Positions 47,165-56,876 of a stretch of DNA of 64,000 bases are shown one piece after another (position 1 is the first letter of the stretch; every line of letters begins with the position of its first letter). The position numbers and the translations under genes were made by a program. The notes below the pieces were generated by a model, which saw nothing but the letters and a program-made list of their open reading frames with translations, did not search any database and was not told where the DNA came from. The stretch comes from a virus. The stretch spans positions 26,059-90,058 of IMG/VR virus record IMGVR_UViG_3300028854_000012; one strand, 5' to 3'.

Positions 47165-47506
47165 ATGCATACTTTAAGAGAGTTATCTAATATCATATCC
47201 GAAGCCGAAACAATCTTGGTTGAATCTGAGCAAGAATGTAAATGGTGTCAAGAAGTTTATCCTCTTAGTAGGTTATCTAAGTTTTGCAGCAAAAAATGTC
47301 GAGATGCATATAATGATCATTTTGAGGATAAATCTGATGATCCAATAAAGAAAGAAGTTAAGGAAGGATTTCCATATACCGACGATAGGCCATCTCCTAT
47401 AACTTGCAAAGCGTGTGAAACAGTAAATTTTGTAAATCGTAAAACTTGTCGTAATTGTGGAGAAAGTCTTATTCCAAATAAAAATATTATATTCAACTTT
47501 GAATGA
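47165..47506 (+). CDS. double zinc-finger hypothetical protein
   Basis: CKWC..FCSKKC and CKAC..CRNCG. Confidence 0.65.
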   Translation: MHTLRELSNIISEAETILVESEQECKWCQEVYPLSRLSKFCSKKCRDAYNDHFEDKSDDPIKKEVKEGFPYTDDRPSPITCKACETVNFVNRKTCRNCGESLIPNKNIIFNFE

Positions 47507-48608
47507 ACAACCGCAATAAATTTTTTAACAATTTTTCTGTATTATTTTTATCTTTATAGTTTACCACAAGAAGTGGAATATTATTGACCTCACAATACTG
47601 TATTTTTACACCATCTCTTTTTTTCTGCAACAAAAAATCATTACTAGCTTGTTCTTGAGTATTATTATACCATCGGAGTGGAAAAAAATGTTGTTCCCCT
47701 TGATATTCGATTAACCCGATCATTTTTTTATCTTTAAAGATAGCGAAATCAAATGGTAATGGAAGAATATGTTTACATTCTGGTATGCGAAATTGTCTAA
47801 TATATTGTATGTCTAAAATTTTAAGAACATTGTCAATTAATCGTTCTCCAATAGATTCGTTACAACTCGGACAACCTATATTTCTTAGATGATTGTTAGG
47901 TAATTGATTAAAATCTCCGTGTATTGGACAGGTAATTGTAACTTTAGTTGTTGAATTGATATAGTTAGTTTTTGAGTAATCATATTTGCCCATATGGGTT
48001 TTGTTTGCTTTTTCAATAAATAAAGAAGCAGACATACTTAATGTTTTAGCTCTATGAGAAACAGCACAAATGCTACATCCAGCACCAAATAAATGGGCAG
48101 ATGATGTTTGATTAAAATCTCCGTGTATTGGACAGGTAATTGTAACTTTAGTTGTTGAATTGATATAGTTAGTTTTTGAGTAATCATATTTGCCCATATG
48201 AGTTTTGTTTGCTTTTTCGATAAATATTTCGAGGGACATTTTTTTAATATTACTTCTTCCACATTGAACACACCCATGACCAGTTAAATGACTATTCGGT
48301 GTTTGATTAAAATCTCCGTGTATTGGACAGGTAATTGTAACTTTTTTAAGAGCGCCACAATACAAAGTTTTTTCATAAATATATTTGTTATTGTGTTTTG
48401 AATTGGCAGAGACTACGAAATTTTTATTTAGGCTATTAGCACAATTTTTACACCCATGACCAGCTAAATGACTATTCGGTGTTTGATTAAAATATCCGTG
48501 TATTGGACAGGTAATTGTAACTTTAGTTGTTGAATTGATATAGTTAGTTTTTGAGTAATCATATTTGCCCATATGGGTTTTGTTTGCTTTTTCGATGAAG
48601 TAAGTCAT
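47493..48608 (-). CDS. zinc-finger-repeat homing endonuclease
   Basis: Four KVTITCPIHG repeats, near-identical in DNA; LPFDF..IEYQGEQH; likely start ATG 48608 after ATAAATA-AGG. Confidence 0.8.
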   Translation of the reverse strand: MTYFIEKANKTHMGKYDYSKTNYINSTTKVTITCPIHGYFNQTPNSHLAGHGCKNCANSLNKNFVVSANSKHNNKYIYEKTLYCGALKKVTITCPIHGDFNQTPNSHLTGHGCVQCGRSNIKKMSLEIFIEKANKTHMGKYDYSKTNYINSTTKVTITCPIHGDFNQTSSAHLFGAGCSICAVSHRAKTLSMSASLFIEKANKTHMGKYDYSKTNYINSTTKVTITCPIHGDFNQLPNNHLRNIGCPSCNESIGERLIDNVLKILDIQYIRQFRIPECKHILPLPFDFAIFKDKKMIGLIEYQGEQHFFPLRWYNNTQEQASNDFLLQKKRDGVKIQYCEVNNIPLLVVNYKDKNNTEKLLKNLLRLFIQS

Positions 48609-48725
48609 AACCTTATTTATGATAGAAAATATGTTATTCATAAATAAAATTTTTGTTGTTTTAATACCGTTAATAATCAAAAAATATTAGTTATAAGTAA
48701 ATATTACTATAATAGGAGATACATT

Positions 48726-49814
48726 ATGTTGGATGCCCTAGCACCGTTACTTGAAAGTGGGTTAGTAAATGAAGCCACTCGTGACGCCATTCAAAAAGCG
48801 TGGGAAGGAAAGCTCAAGGAAATTCAGACTCAAGTTAGAACTGAAATTCGTGAAGAGTTTGCTGGCCGTTACGAACACGATAAAGAGGTTATGGTTAAGA
48901 CCTTGGATAAGATGGTTTCAGAAACACTAACTAACGAAGTAAATAATGTTAAAGCGGAACGCAATGAAGTTGCAAAATTAAAACTTGCAACTGTAAAAGA
49001 AATGCGCAATGCAGCAACTAAATTCAATAAGTTTGCAACTCGCGCTTTGGCAGAAGAATTAGCAGAGTTTGCAACAGACCGCAATAAGAGTGTTGCCCAT
49101 CAAAATAAACTAGAGCGTTTTATTATGAGTTCTCTAGCTGAAGAAATTAATGAATTTTCAGAAGATAAACAATCTCTTCGTGAAACACGTGTTCGTTTAA
49201 TTGCAGAAGCAAAAACACAATTGGATGAATTGAAACAGAAGTTTGTAGCACGTAGCAGTAATGCCATTAGTAAAATTGTTTCTGAAACATTAAATCACGA
49301 AATTACTCAACTTCACGAAGATATCAAGGTTGCTCGTCAGAATAATTTTGGCCGTAAGATTTTTGAAGCCTTTGCAACAGAATTTACCGGAACTTATCTT
49401 AATGAAAATGCAGCAGTAAAAGAACTTAAACATAAAACAGAAGTTGCAGAAAAGAATCTTTCAGAAGCTCGTAAAGAAATTTCTGAAAAGAACAAGATTG
49501 TAGAATCAAAGAACAATGAATTTAAGCGTCTTGAGGGAAGAGTTCAAAGAGAAAAAGTATTATCTGAACTATTAACTCCTCTTGATAAAAACAAACGTGA
49601 AGTAATGACTCAACTCTTAGAAAGTGTGCAAACAGATCGTTTAAGAATTGCATATGATAAGTATCTTCCAGCAGTTTTAAACAACAGACAGCAACCAGTA
49701 GTAACATCTGGACGCAACATGTTGCACGAATCAACTGGGGATAAAACTAATAAAGTAGTTCCAATTGATGAAACCGACCTTAGCGAAATTAAGCGTTTGG
49801 CAGGGCTACAGTAA
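48726..49814 (+). CDS. gp22: prohead scaffolding protein (T4 gp22-like)
   Basis: Coiled-coil, LLES motifs, FGRKIFEAF; immediately before capsid gene. Confidence 0.85.
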   Translation: MLDALAPLLESGLVNEATRDAIQKAWEGKLKEIQTQVRTEIREEFAGRYEHDKEVMVKTLDKMVSETLTNEVNNVKAERNEVAKLKLATVKEMRNAATKFNKFATRALAEELAEFATDRNKSVAHQNKLERFIMSSLAEEINEFSEDKQSLRETRVRLIAEAKTQLDELKQKFVARSSNAISKIVSETLNHEITQLHEDIKVARQNNFGRKIFEAFATEFTGTYLNENAAVKELKHKTEVAEKNLSEARKEISEKNKIVESKNNEFKRLEGRVQREKVLSELLTPLDKNKREVMTQLLESVQTDRLRIAYDKYLPAVLNNRQQPVVTSGRNMLHESTGDKTNKVVPIDETDLSEIKRLAGLQ

Positions 49815-49833
49815 ATATTAAAGGAGAAGCAAA

Positions 49834-51018
49834 ATGTCAACACCGTTACTAGAAAATCGTTGGGATGATACCAAAACCGCCCTGCTTGAAGGACTAACAG
49901 GAAATCGCCGTTCGGTTATGAGTGTAGTCCTAGAAAATACTCGCAAGCAATTGCGTGAGAGTGCTACCACTGGTTCTACATCTGCTGGTAACATCGCAAC
50001 CCTTAACCGCGTCATTCTTCCAGTTATTCGACGTGTAATGCCAACAGTTATTGCTAATGAGTTGGTAGGCGTTCAGCCAATGACAGGTCCAGTTGGACAG
50101 ATTCAGACTCTTCGTGTTCGTTACGGACAGACTGATAACGTTACTGCTCCTTATCCTTGGAATACTGGCACCGTGGCTGGTGACGAAGCATTATCACCAT
50201 TCAAGATTGCCACTGCATACTCTGGTAGTGCAACTACTGGTCAAGCAGATTGGACAGCAAATTTGGAAGGTCAGGCTGGTAACAAGATCAATGTTCAGAT
50301 TCTTCGTCAGACTGTTGAAGCAAAATCACGTAAATTGTCTGCACGTTGGACATTTGAAGCTGCACAGGATGCACAAGCTATGCACGGCATCGATATTGAA
50401 GCCGAAATCATGGCTGCTTTGGCTCAAGAAATTACTGCTGAAATCGATCAGGAAATTCTTGGTTCATTGTATTCACTATCTGGAACCGATCAGACTTTCG
50501 ATCAGTCTTTAGTTAGCGGAACTGCAACCTATGTTGGTGATGAACATGCTGCTCTTGCAATTATGATCAATCGCGCAAGCAACTTGATTGCACAGAGAAC
50601 TCGTCGTGGTGCAGGTAACTGGGCAGTTGTAAGTCCAATCGCTCTCACCGTATTGCAGAGTGCAACAACTTCTGCTTTTGCAAGAACAACTGAGGGCGTT
50701 TTTGAAGCCCCAACGAACACAAAATTTGTTGGAACCCTTAATGGCAGTATGAAGATTTATGTGAATGGTTATGCAAATGACTCAGTTCCAGTGCTTGTTG
50801 GTTATAAGGGCGCAAGTGAATCAGATGCAGCAGCATTCTATTGCCCATACATTCCTTTGATGAGTTCTGGTGTTGTTCTTGACCCAGTTACCTTCGAGCC
50901 AGTGACGAGCTTCCTTACCAGATATGGCTATGTGGAATTAACAAATTCGAGTTCATCTCTTGGTAATGCTGGCGATTATTTGAGCAGCATTTCGGTAGCA
51001 AACTTGAGCTTCAGCTAA
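49834..51018 (+). CDS. gp23: major capsid protein (T4 gp23-like)
   Basis: VGVQPMTGP, AKSRKL.A.WT.E.AQD, EID.EI, RGAGN, YCPYIPL, TRYG. Confidence 0.97.
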   Translation: MSTPLLENRWDDTKTALLEGLTGNRRSVMSVVLENTRKQLRESATTGSTSAGNIATLNRVILPVIRRVMPTVIANELVGVQPMTGPVGQIQTLRVRYGQTDNVTAPYPWNTGTVAGDEALSPFKIATAYSGSATTGQADWTANLEGQAGNKINVQILRQTVEAKSRKLSARWTFEAAQDAQAMHGIDIEAEIMAALAQEITAEIDQEILGSLYSLSGTDQTFDQSLVSGTATYVGDEHAALAIMINRASNLIAQRTRRGAGNWAVVSPIALTVLQSATTSAFARTTEGVFEAPTNTKFVGTLNGSMKIYVNGYANDSVPVLVGYKGASESDAAAFYCPYIPLMSSGVVLDPVTFEPVTSFLTRYGYVELTNSSSSLGNAGDYLSSISVANLSFS

Positions 51019-51041
51019 TACAAACAAGTTACAAACCAATC

Positions 51042-51068
51042 AACCCTTGATTAAATCAAGGGTTTTTT
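51042..51068 (+). terminator. intrinsic terminator
   Basis: AACCCTTGAT-TAA-ATCAAGGGTT plus T-run. Confidence 0.8.
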
Positions 51069-51080
51069 GTTTCTATTTAT

Positions 51081-53110
51081 CTTATCGGTCAAGCATCACA
51101 GTTGCAAGTTAATTTATTTAATAATTTATTTGACTTGACTTCAAATGTAACTTGGTCTATAGTATAAATAGTAATGAAAGGATAATTATGAAAGATCAAA
51201 TATTGAAGTTATTAAAAGAAAAACCAAAACATGCAATAAGAATGATTGTATCCGATTTAGAATTATGGTCATGGATCGAAAATCATTGTGATCCACGCAG
51301 TAATTCAAATGCTATAAAAGTATACACTGCGATATCAGACGAAAAAGTTTTATGCCCCTGTGGTTCTGGAAAATTGCGCAAGTTGAATTCCATTAAAAAT
51401 GGATTCTTTTTTTGTGGAAGAGCAAAAGATTGTTCTGCTTGTAGGAATGCAGTTAGCACTAATTGTATTAAATCTGCAAAACTATGGGATAAAGAAGTAG
51501 CACAAGAAAAAAGAAACAATACCAATATGAAAAAATATGGTATGGAAAATGTTGGACAACTTCCAAAAGCCATAGAAACTCGTAAAAAACTTTATGACAA
51601 CAAAGAATGGGTTCAGGCCATTGTTACAGTGATTCAAAATACCTGTCAAGAAAAATATGGTGTTAAAAATCCGTTACAAGTAAAATCATTTTTAGAAAAA
51701 CAAATGATCACCATGCAATCGAAATATAGAGTTGAACACCCAATACAAAATAAAGAAATAAAAGAAAAAACACGAAAAACAAACCAAAAAAAATACGGTG
51801 TTGATTTTCCAGTATCATCGCACATTGTTCAAGACAAAATAAAAAATACATGTATTAAAAAATATGGTGTTGATTATGCATTGGAATCTCCAGAAATTAG
51901 AAAGAAGATTGAAGAAACAATAAAAGAAAAATATGGAGAAAAATATACATCAATTTTACAAGTTCCAGAAATGCGTGATATAATACTGGTAACATTTCGT
52001 GAAAAATATGGAGTTAATTCTCCGTCTCAGATAAATTTTCCAAAAGAAGTAGTAAACATTCTATTTGATAAAGAAAAATTTTCTGAACTGTTGAGAAATA
52101 CTTCTGTAAGACAAGTATGCGAAAAATTAAATATTTCTCGGTCGCTGGTTAAAAATTATCACGATAAATATGAACTTGATATTATTCCAAAGAAAAGTAA
52201 AAGTGGATATGAAGACGAGATCGAAAAATGGTTACAAGAAAATAATATACCAGCTAAAAAGAATGATAGGAAGATTTGTAAGCCGTTGGAATTAGATTTC
52301 TATATACCAGAATATAATTTAGCAATCGAATTTAATGGTTTGTATTGGCATTCAGAAAAATCTGGAGGGAAAGGTAGAAATTACCATAAAACTAAATTTT
52401 TTAAATGTCAAGAACAGAACATTCAACTTCTAACAATATTTGAAGATGAATGGGTAGAAAAATCAGAAATTATTAAACACCATATTTTACACCTCTGTCA
52501 TAAAACAGAAAAAACTATCGGAGCACGAAAGATTAATATTCGGCCAATTGATTCTGGAAAATGTTCAGTATTTTTAGAAAAACATCATATTCAAGGATCG
52601 ACCAGTGGAAGTTTTTTATTGGGAGGATTTGTTGATTCTAAGTTAGTTGCAGTGATTACCTTATTAAAAACAAAAAATGGAACATTTGATATCAATCGTT
52701 ATGCAACAGATCAAGAAGCATCATATGCTGGTTTGTTTTCAAAATTTTTGAAATATGTAGAGAGAAATTTTCCATTTATTAAGAAAGTAACCACATTTGC
52801 TGATTGCAGATGGAGTATGGGTGATGTTTATATAAAATCTGGATTTGATAAAATGTATTATTTGCGACCAGATTATAGCTATACTGATTATAATATTCGT
52901 CATCACAAGTTCAATTATAGAAAAAGAAAATTGAAAATGTTTTTTGAAAATGCTGATAGTATGACAGAAAAAATGATGACTGATATATTGGAGTTGGATC
53001 GTATTTGGGATTGTGGGAAGATAAAGTTTGAAAAGACGTTACGACCATAAGTAAAGGGTGATTCACCTTATCTTTCAAGCATTGCTGTTGCAAGTTAATT
53101 TATTTAATAA
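51081..53110 (+). repeat. imperfect 44-bp direct repeat (51081-51124 and 53067-53110) flanking an endonuclease gene
   Basis: CTTATCggTCAAGCATcacaGTTGCAAGTTAATTTATTTAATAA vs CTTATCttTCAAGCATtgctGTTGCAAGTTAATTTATTTAATAA. Confidence 0.8.
51188..53050 (+). CDS. putative homing endonuclease, paralog of 43250
   Basis: PKHAI..CPCGSGKLRK shared; K-YG repeats; IEFNGLYWHSE; IWDCG; start MKDQ after TATAAATA and AAGGA. Confidence 0.8.
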   Translation: MKDQILKLLKEKPKHAIRMIVSDLELWSWIENHCDPRSNSNAIKVYTAISDEKVLCPCGSGKLRKLNSIKNGFFFCGRAKDCSACRNAVSTNCIKSAKLWDKEVAQEKRNNTNMKKYGMENVGQLPKAIETRKKLYDNKEWVQAIVTVIQNTCQEKYGVKNPLQVKSFLEKQMITMQSKYRVEHPIQNKEIKEKTRKTNQKKYGVDFPVSSHIVQDKIKNTCIKKYGVDYALESPEIRKKIEETIKEKYGEKYTSILQVPEMRDIILVTFREKYGVNSPSQINFPKEVVNILFDKEKFSELLRNTSVRQVCEKLNISRSLVKNYHDKYELDIIPKKSKSGYEDEIEKWLQENNIPAKKNDRKICKPLELDFYIPEYNLAIEFNGLYWHSEKSGGKGRNYHKTKFFKCQEQNIQLLTIFEDEWVEKSEIIKHHILHLCHKTEKTIGARKINIRPIDSGKCSVFLEKHHIQGSTSGSFLLGGFVDSKLVAVITLLKTKNGTFDINRYATDQEASYAGLFSKFLKYVERNFPFIKKVTTFADCRWSMGDVYIKSGFDKMYYLRPDYSYTDYNIRHHKFNYRKRKLKMFFENADSMTEKMMTDILELDRIWDCGKIKFEKTLRP

Positions 53111-53351
53111 AGAAACTCTTGGATTTACAAAAGCATTGAATGCAAAACCAACATATTGGTATACAGATTATGAAAAGAGATTTCATCGTAGTAAATTCAC
53201 AAAAAAGAACGCCGTAAAAACGGCGCTCATATTGTATCCAGAATTAATAGAAGATATTTCTAAATATTCAGAAAATCAAATTACAAAAGATATTTTAGGC
53301 TTGGATCGTATTTGGGATTGTGGTCAAGATAGTTGGGTTTGGAAGAAGTAA
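53111..53351 (+). pseudogene. C-terminal fragment of the same endonuclease family
   Basis: Y.YT.Y..R.HRS.FTKK..ENQITK.IL.LDRIWDCGQ matches the end of 43250-44965. Confidence 0.7.
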
Positions 53352-53356
53352 TCATA

Positions 53357-54103
53357 TTATCTTCTTCCATTCGGAATATCTTTAAGAGAACTCAAAAGCC
53401 AATAATCAGCCGCATTACCGACATCAAGAGATACTTTTGGAATACCAGAATTTGCGATTCTATCACCAATATATTTGGATGCTGGACCCGCACTAAACAG
53501 AACCAATGGTGCATCTATTTGTGATCCGCGCTTAATAACATCTTCTGATTGTTCCCAATTTTCCAATTTTAAATATGTTACTTTTATATCTAGTGCATAT
53601 TTTGCACGAATTTGCATGGCATCGGCACATGAAGTATTTCTATGAATGAAGAGAACGTGTTTTGCAGTTTTGAAAAGTTGAATTTTCATTTCTTCTGTCC
53701 ATGCATTACAAAAAAAATTATCAACATATTGATTGCGTGGTCGAAAAATATTATATAAATTAAAATTTTCTAATTGAATACCTGTAACAGATGGAGCAAA
53801 ATATGTGCAATCATTAGCGGCGTGTTCTAATCTCTCAATGAGTCCTATATTTGAAATACCATAGCACCCCATTCGTTTCATCCAATCATCAGGGTTCGCT
53901 TGTTCAGAAATAGTTGCTTGGTTATGTGGATTGTTTTTTTTAGCAAGCGTCATTAATTGACGTTCACCATCTCCCATACGAACAACCGAGAATGGTTTTG
54001 AATTAACTAAAGCATCTCCAACAAGCATATAAAAAGCATTGGAACTTATCGTTGATTCACACAATTTAATCTGATTTTTTGATAGTGATATTGGTTCAAA
54101 CAT
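53357..54103 (-). CDS. GT-D (DUF1792)-like glycosyltransferase domain protein
   Basis: FSVVRMGDGE start, SAGPASK and LDVG end. Confidence 0.6.
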   Translation of the reverse strand: MFEPISLSKNQIKLCESTISSNAFYMLVGDALVNSKPFSVVRMGDGERQLMTLAKKNNPHNQATISEQANPDDWMKRMGCYGISNIGLIERLEHAANDCTYFAPSVTGIQLENFNLYNIFRPRNQYVDNFFCNAWTEEMKIQLFKTAKHVLFIHRNTSCADAMQIRAKYALDIKVTYLKLENWEQSEDVIKRGSQIDAPLVLFSAGPASKYIGDRIANSGIPKVSLDVGNAADYWLLSSLKDIPNGRR

Positions 54104-54432
54104 TACTTGATACTCGATATTTTATTATTTATATTTAGTGGAGATGCAGATGCTTGAGAATTATATACTTTTACTTGGTATTCTTTTGATTTACTTTCTG
54201 ATTCTTCTAATTTACGCAAAAAATTAAGAGTTTTTCTTTCACTATAATAAAAAGACCACAGTTTGTTTTCTTTTCTATCATGTTTATATACTTTTACGTA
54301 ACTTTCCAACCAAATAATTTCACCAGTTTTATCATATGGCTCTCGTTTCATTCTTGTTGGAAATAATGCATATTTTTCTATTTCTTTGGTATCATAATAA
54401 TTTGGTAATGGTTTTGTATTTCTTAAAATCAT
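54103..54432 (-). CDS. hypothetical protein, IWLE-x-Y family
   Basis: K.ALFP.R..GEIIWLE.Y shared with 55173 and 55452 ORFs. Confidence 0.65.
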   Translation of the reverse strand: MILRNTKPLPNYYDTKEIEKYALFPTRMKREPYDKTGEIIWLESYVKVYKHDRKENKLWSFYYSERKTLNFLRKLEESESKSKEYQVKVYNSQASASPLNINNKISSIK

Positions 54433-54458
54433 AATTCTCCTTTACTGACGTTTCCATA

Positions 54459-54908
54459 TTAACCAAGTTTCTTAAAATCTGTCATTGGAATTTCATAAAC
54501 TAAATCTGCCAATTCTTGTCTATCTCTTCGTTTTTGCAATTTAGATGGATACATTGTTCCTCTCTTAACTGGTTCTGGAATATCTAAACAACGAACATCA
54601 CCCAACCATGACACCAATAGATATGCATATACATGTTCTCGATTGGCAATAGAAGATAGATCATCAATTTTATTAGCATCGATAGTATAAGTTGAATACA
54701 ATGATGCAGGAGTATTTCTAAATTTTACTTCAATAATACCAGCATAGATATTGTTATAGAAAAATTTAGCATCGTATGTAGAAGAAGAGGAAGACATCGC
54801 CGTTGTAAAACCATTTCCCATTGATGCAGTAAATGAATCCAAAATTTCTTGCTGTCGAATTCTATCAATAGCTTTTTCTTGAGTTTTATTTTGGTCTGGA
54901 TAATACAT
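54459..54908 (-). CDS. PD-(D/E)XK nuclease-like protein
   Basis: YDAK..IEVKFR..I...K. Confidence 0.55.
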   Translation of the reverse strand: MYYPDQNKTQEKAIDRIRQQEILDSFTASMGNGFTTAMSSSSSTYDAKFFYNNIYAGIIEVKFRNTPASLYSTYTIDANKIDDLSSIANREHVYAYLLVSWLGDVRCLDIPEPVKRGTMYPSKLQKRRDRQELADLVYEIPMTDFKKLG

Positions 54909-55172
54909 TTATGATGTCTCCGTCTTTGGTAATTGATTTAAAATCTTAACTGCCTTTTTCCAAGCTCCTCTAACAGTATGTGCCGAACAAATTATACATA
55001 ATTTATTGTAGTTTTCAAACGTTTTCATGGAAGTATTACATAAATAATAATACGTGTCTATATATTTATCAGTTACAATGTAAACTTTATTGAAACGTTT
55101 ATAAGTTATTAGCGTCTCGTTACTAAATAATCTTGCTGCAAATTCATATTGATCTGTTGAAGTTTTTTTCAT
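54909..55172 (-). CDS. hypothetical protein
   Basis: 87-aa ORF in operon. Confidence 0.5.
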   Translation of the reverse strand: MKKTSTDQYEFAARLFSNETLITYKRFNKVYIVTDKYIDTYYYLCNTSMKTFENYNKLCIICSAHTVRGAWKKAVKILNQLPKTETS

Positions 55173-55444
55173 TTAAAATCTTAATCCCCTTTCTAATTTT
55201 TCCAACATTAATTTTTTGAGTCTTACTTCTCGTGATATTTTCCATGTATATTTATCTGGTCTATAACCGGGATATGAAACATTACATACAAAAATTTGAA
55301 CATATTTTTCTAGCCATATTAATTCACCCTTTGTTTCATTTTCGTTTGGCATTAAACGTTTTGGAAAAAATGCAAATTTAACTATTTCTTTTATTGAATT
55401 TTGTTTAGGTGGTATTAGTTTTTTGTTGGTTGTTGTAAAACCAT
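55173..55444 (-). pseudogene. IWLE-x-Y family paralog with one-base frameshift in an A-run
   Basis: MVLQQPTK then, with one more A, LIPPKQ..KFAFFPKR..GELIWLEKY. Confidence 0.6.
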
Positions 55445-55451
55445 ATTATCC

Positions 55452-55682
55452 TTATTTTTCTAATTTATCCATAATGAATTGATTATATGTTATTGAAGAA
55501 TTAAATCTCCAACATTTATTATCTGAATTATATCTATACTCAATTATATATTTTTCCAACCAAATTATTGGACCATCACTGTCATTTTTGCCTTCTTTTA
55601 TTTTCTTTGGAAGAAACGCAAATTTAACAACTTGTTTTGTTGATCCATGAAGTATTGGTGTTTTACGTTGTCTAAGAATCAT
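55452..55682 (-). CDS. hypothetical protein, IWLE-x-Y family
   Basis: MILR..KFAFLPK..IIWLEKY. Confidence 0.65.
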   Translation of the reverse strand: MILRQRKTPILHGSTKQVVKFAFLPKKIKEGKNDSDGPIIWLEKYIIEYRYNSDNKCWRFNSSITYNQFIMDKLEK

Positions 55683-55703
55683 TTATTGCCTTTCTTTGTT
55701 TAA

Positions 55704-55779
55704 TGGTGCCGATGGGGAGCATCGAAATCCCAATTTACGCTTATGAGACGCATGTTATAGCCATTTTAACTACTTCGGC
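55704..55779 (-). tRNA. tRNA-Met/Ile2 (CAT)
   Basis: Cloverleaf, loop CTCATAA, ACCA end. Confidence 0.8.
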
Positions 55780-55802
55780 AAAATTTATTTGCTATTAAAT
55801 TT

Positions 55803-55879
55803 TGGTTGCGGAATCAACACCCGATGTTGACGATTTCAAGTTTATGAGACTTGTGAGCCGCCATTGCTCCATTTCCGCT
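55803..55879 (-). tRNA. tRNA-fMet-like (CAT), atypical
   Basis: 1:72 mismatch, loop CTCATAA, ACCA; T-loop ATCGGGT, lacks three GC pairs. Confidence 0.7.
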
Positions 55880-55884
55880 TCAAT

Positions 55885-56253
55885 TTATTCTTCAAACTTC
55901 TTTAAAACCCATTCCTGTTTATTTTGATAATAAAAAGCGAAATATGGATAATAATCATCGTAATTGTCAGTTCCAAAAGTTAACCATATAAAACCATCAT
56001 TCACATCAACAAGATTATAACCATTAAAAGTTTGATCACATTGGCCCACTAAACAATCTTCAACTCTTATTCTCGCTAACGGAGTGTTAAAAAATATTAA
56101 ATCTTTGGTATCATCCTTCATGCGAACTTCTTCCATACAAGAACGATATCCATCACTTTCATTTTCAACAGCTTCAAAAATACAATTATTCAGTTTAAAA
56201 CAATTACAATCTACTCCATAAAAATCTGCTTCTACTCCAATTTCAAATACCAT
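55885..56253 (-). CDS. acidic hypothetical protein
   Basis: AGGAG RBS before MVFEIG; DGYRS..GTDNYDDYYP. Confidence 0.7.
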   Translation of the reverse strand: MVFEIGVEADFYGVDCNCFKLNNCIFEAVENESDGYRSCMEEVRMKDDTKDLIFFNTPLARIRVEDCLVGQCDQTFNGYNLVDVNDGFIWLTFGTDNYDDYYPYFAFYYQNKQEWVLKKFEE

Positions 56254-56352
56254 TTCAATTCTCCTTTTTGATTTATACATCAGGTATAACGCAGAGGATC
56301 ATTGAACTATATTTAGTATATCACACTGCACACTATAATGCAAGTTTAAAAA

Positions 56353-56442
56353 TGGCGGATAGTTGAGAGCACGATTCCCATGCCCGTTAAGGCATCATCT
56401 GTTTTCGAAACAGAGTTGTTGCCGACCAACAATAAACTATCC
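56353..56442 (-). tRNA. tRNA-Ser (CGA)
   Basis: Loop TTCGAAA, long variable arm, GCCA. Confidence 0.8.
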
Positions 56443-56460
56443 AAAAATTTAATAAAATTT

Positions 56461-56551
56461 TGGCGGTGAAAGTGAGATTCGAACTCACGAAACCTTTATG
56501 GGTTTACTATTTTTCCAGAATAGTCGCTTAATCCATCTCGCGCATTCCACC
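56461..56551 (-). tRNA. tRNA-Ser (GGA)
   Basis: Loop CTGGAAA, long variable arm, GTTCGAATC, GCCA. Confidence 0.9.
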
Positions 56552-56561
56552 ATATCATTAT

Positions 56562-56876
56562 TTATACTGAAAAACTTGTTCCACAACCACAAGATTTAAC
56601 TGCTTTTGGATTTATAAATGTGAAACCACTATGCATCAAGGTTTTTTCATAATCCAACGTAACTTCCTCCAAAAATACAAAAGATTTTGGATCAACAAAT
56701 ACATTATGGTTATCCTTAGAAAATATATGATCATTTTCTTTTAGTATATCAATTTGAAAAGCATAAGATAGACCAGAACATCCACCACCCCTGATACCAA
56801 TTCTTAATCCAATTTCTGGTATCAAGGGTATTTTCATTGTTTTAATATGATCCCACGCTGTTTCAGTTATATTCAT
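56562..56876 (-). CDS. iscA: A-type Fe-S cluster carrier (IscA/HesB family)
   Basis: GGGCSGLSY, VDPKS, NP...SCGCGTSF. Confidence 0.92.
   Translation of the reverse strand: MNITETAWDHIKTMKIPLIPEIGLRIGIRGGGCSGLSYAFQIDILKENDHIFSKDNHNVFVDPKSFVFLEEVTLDYEKTLMHSGFTFINPKAVKSCGCGTSFSV

Noticed and set aside
47890-48600. Diversity-generating retroelement template/variable repeats
   Set aside because: Repeats are tandem zinc-finger units within one ORF; no reverse transcriptase in the window and no clear adenine-specific pattern
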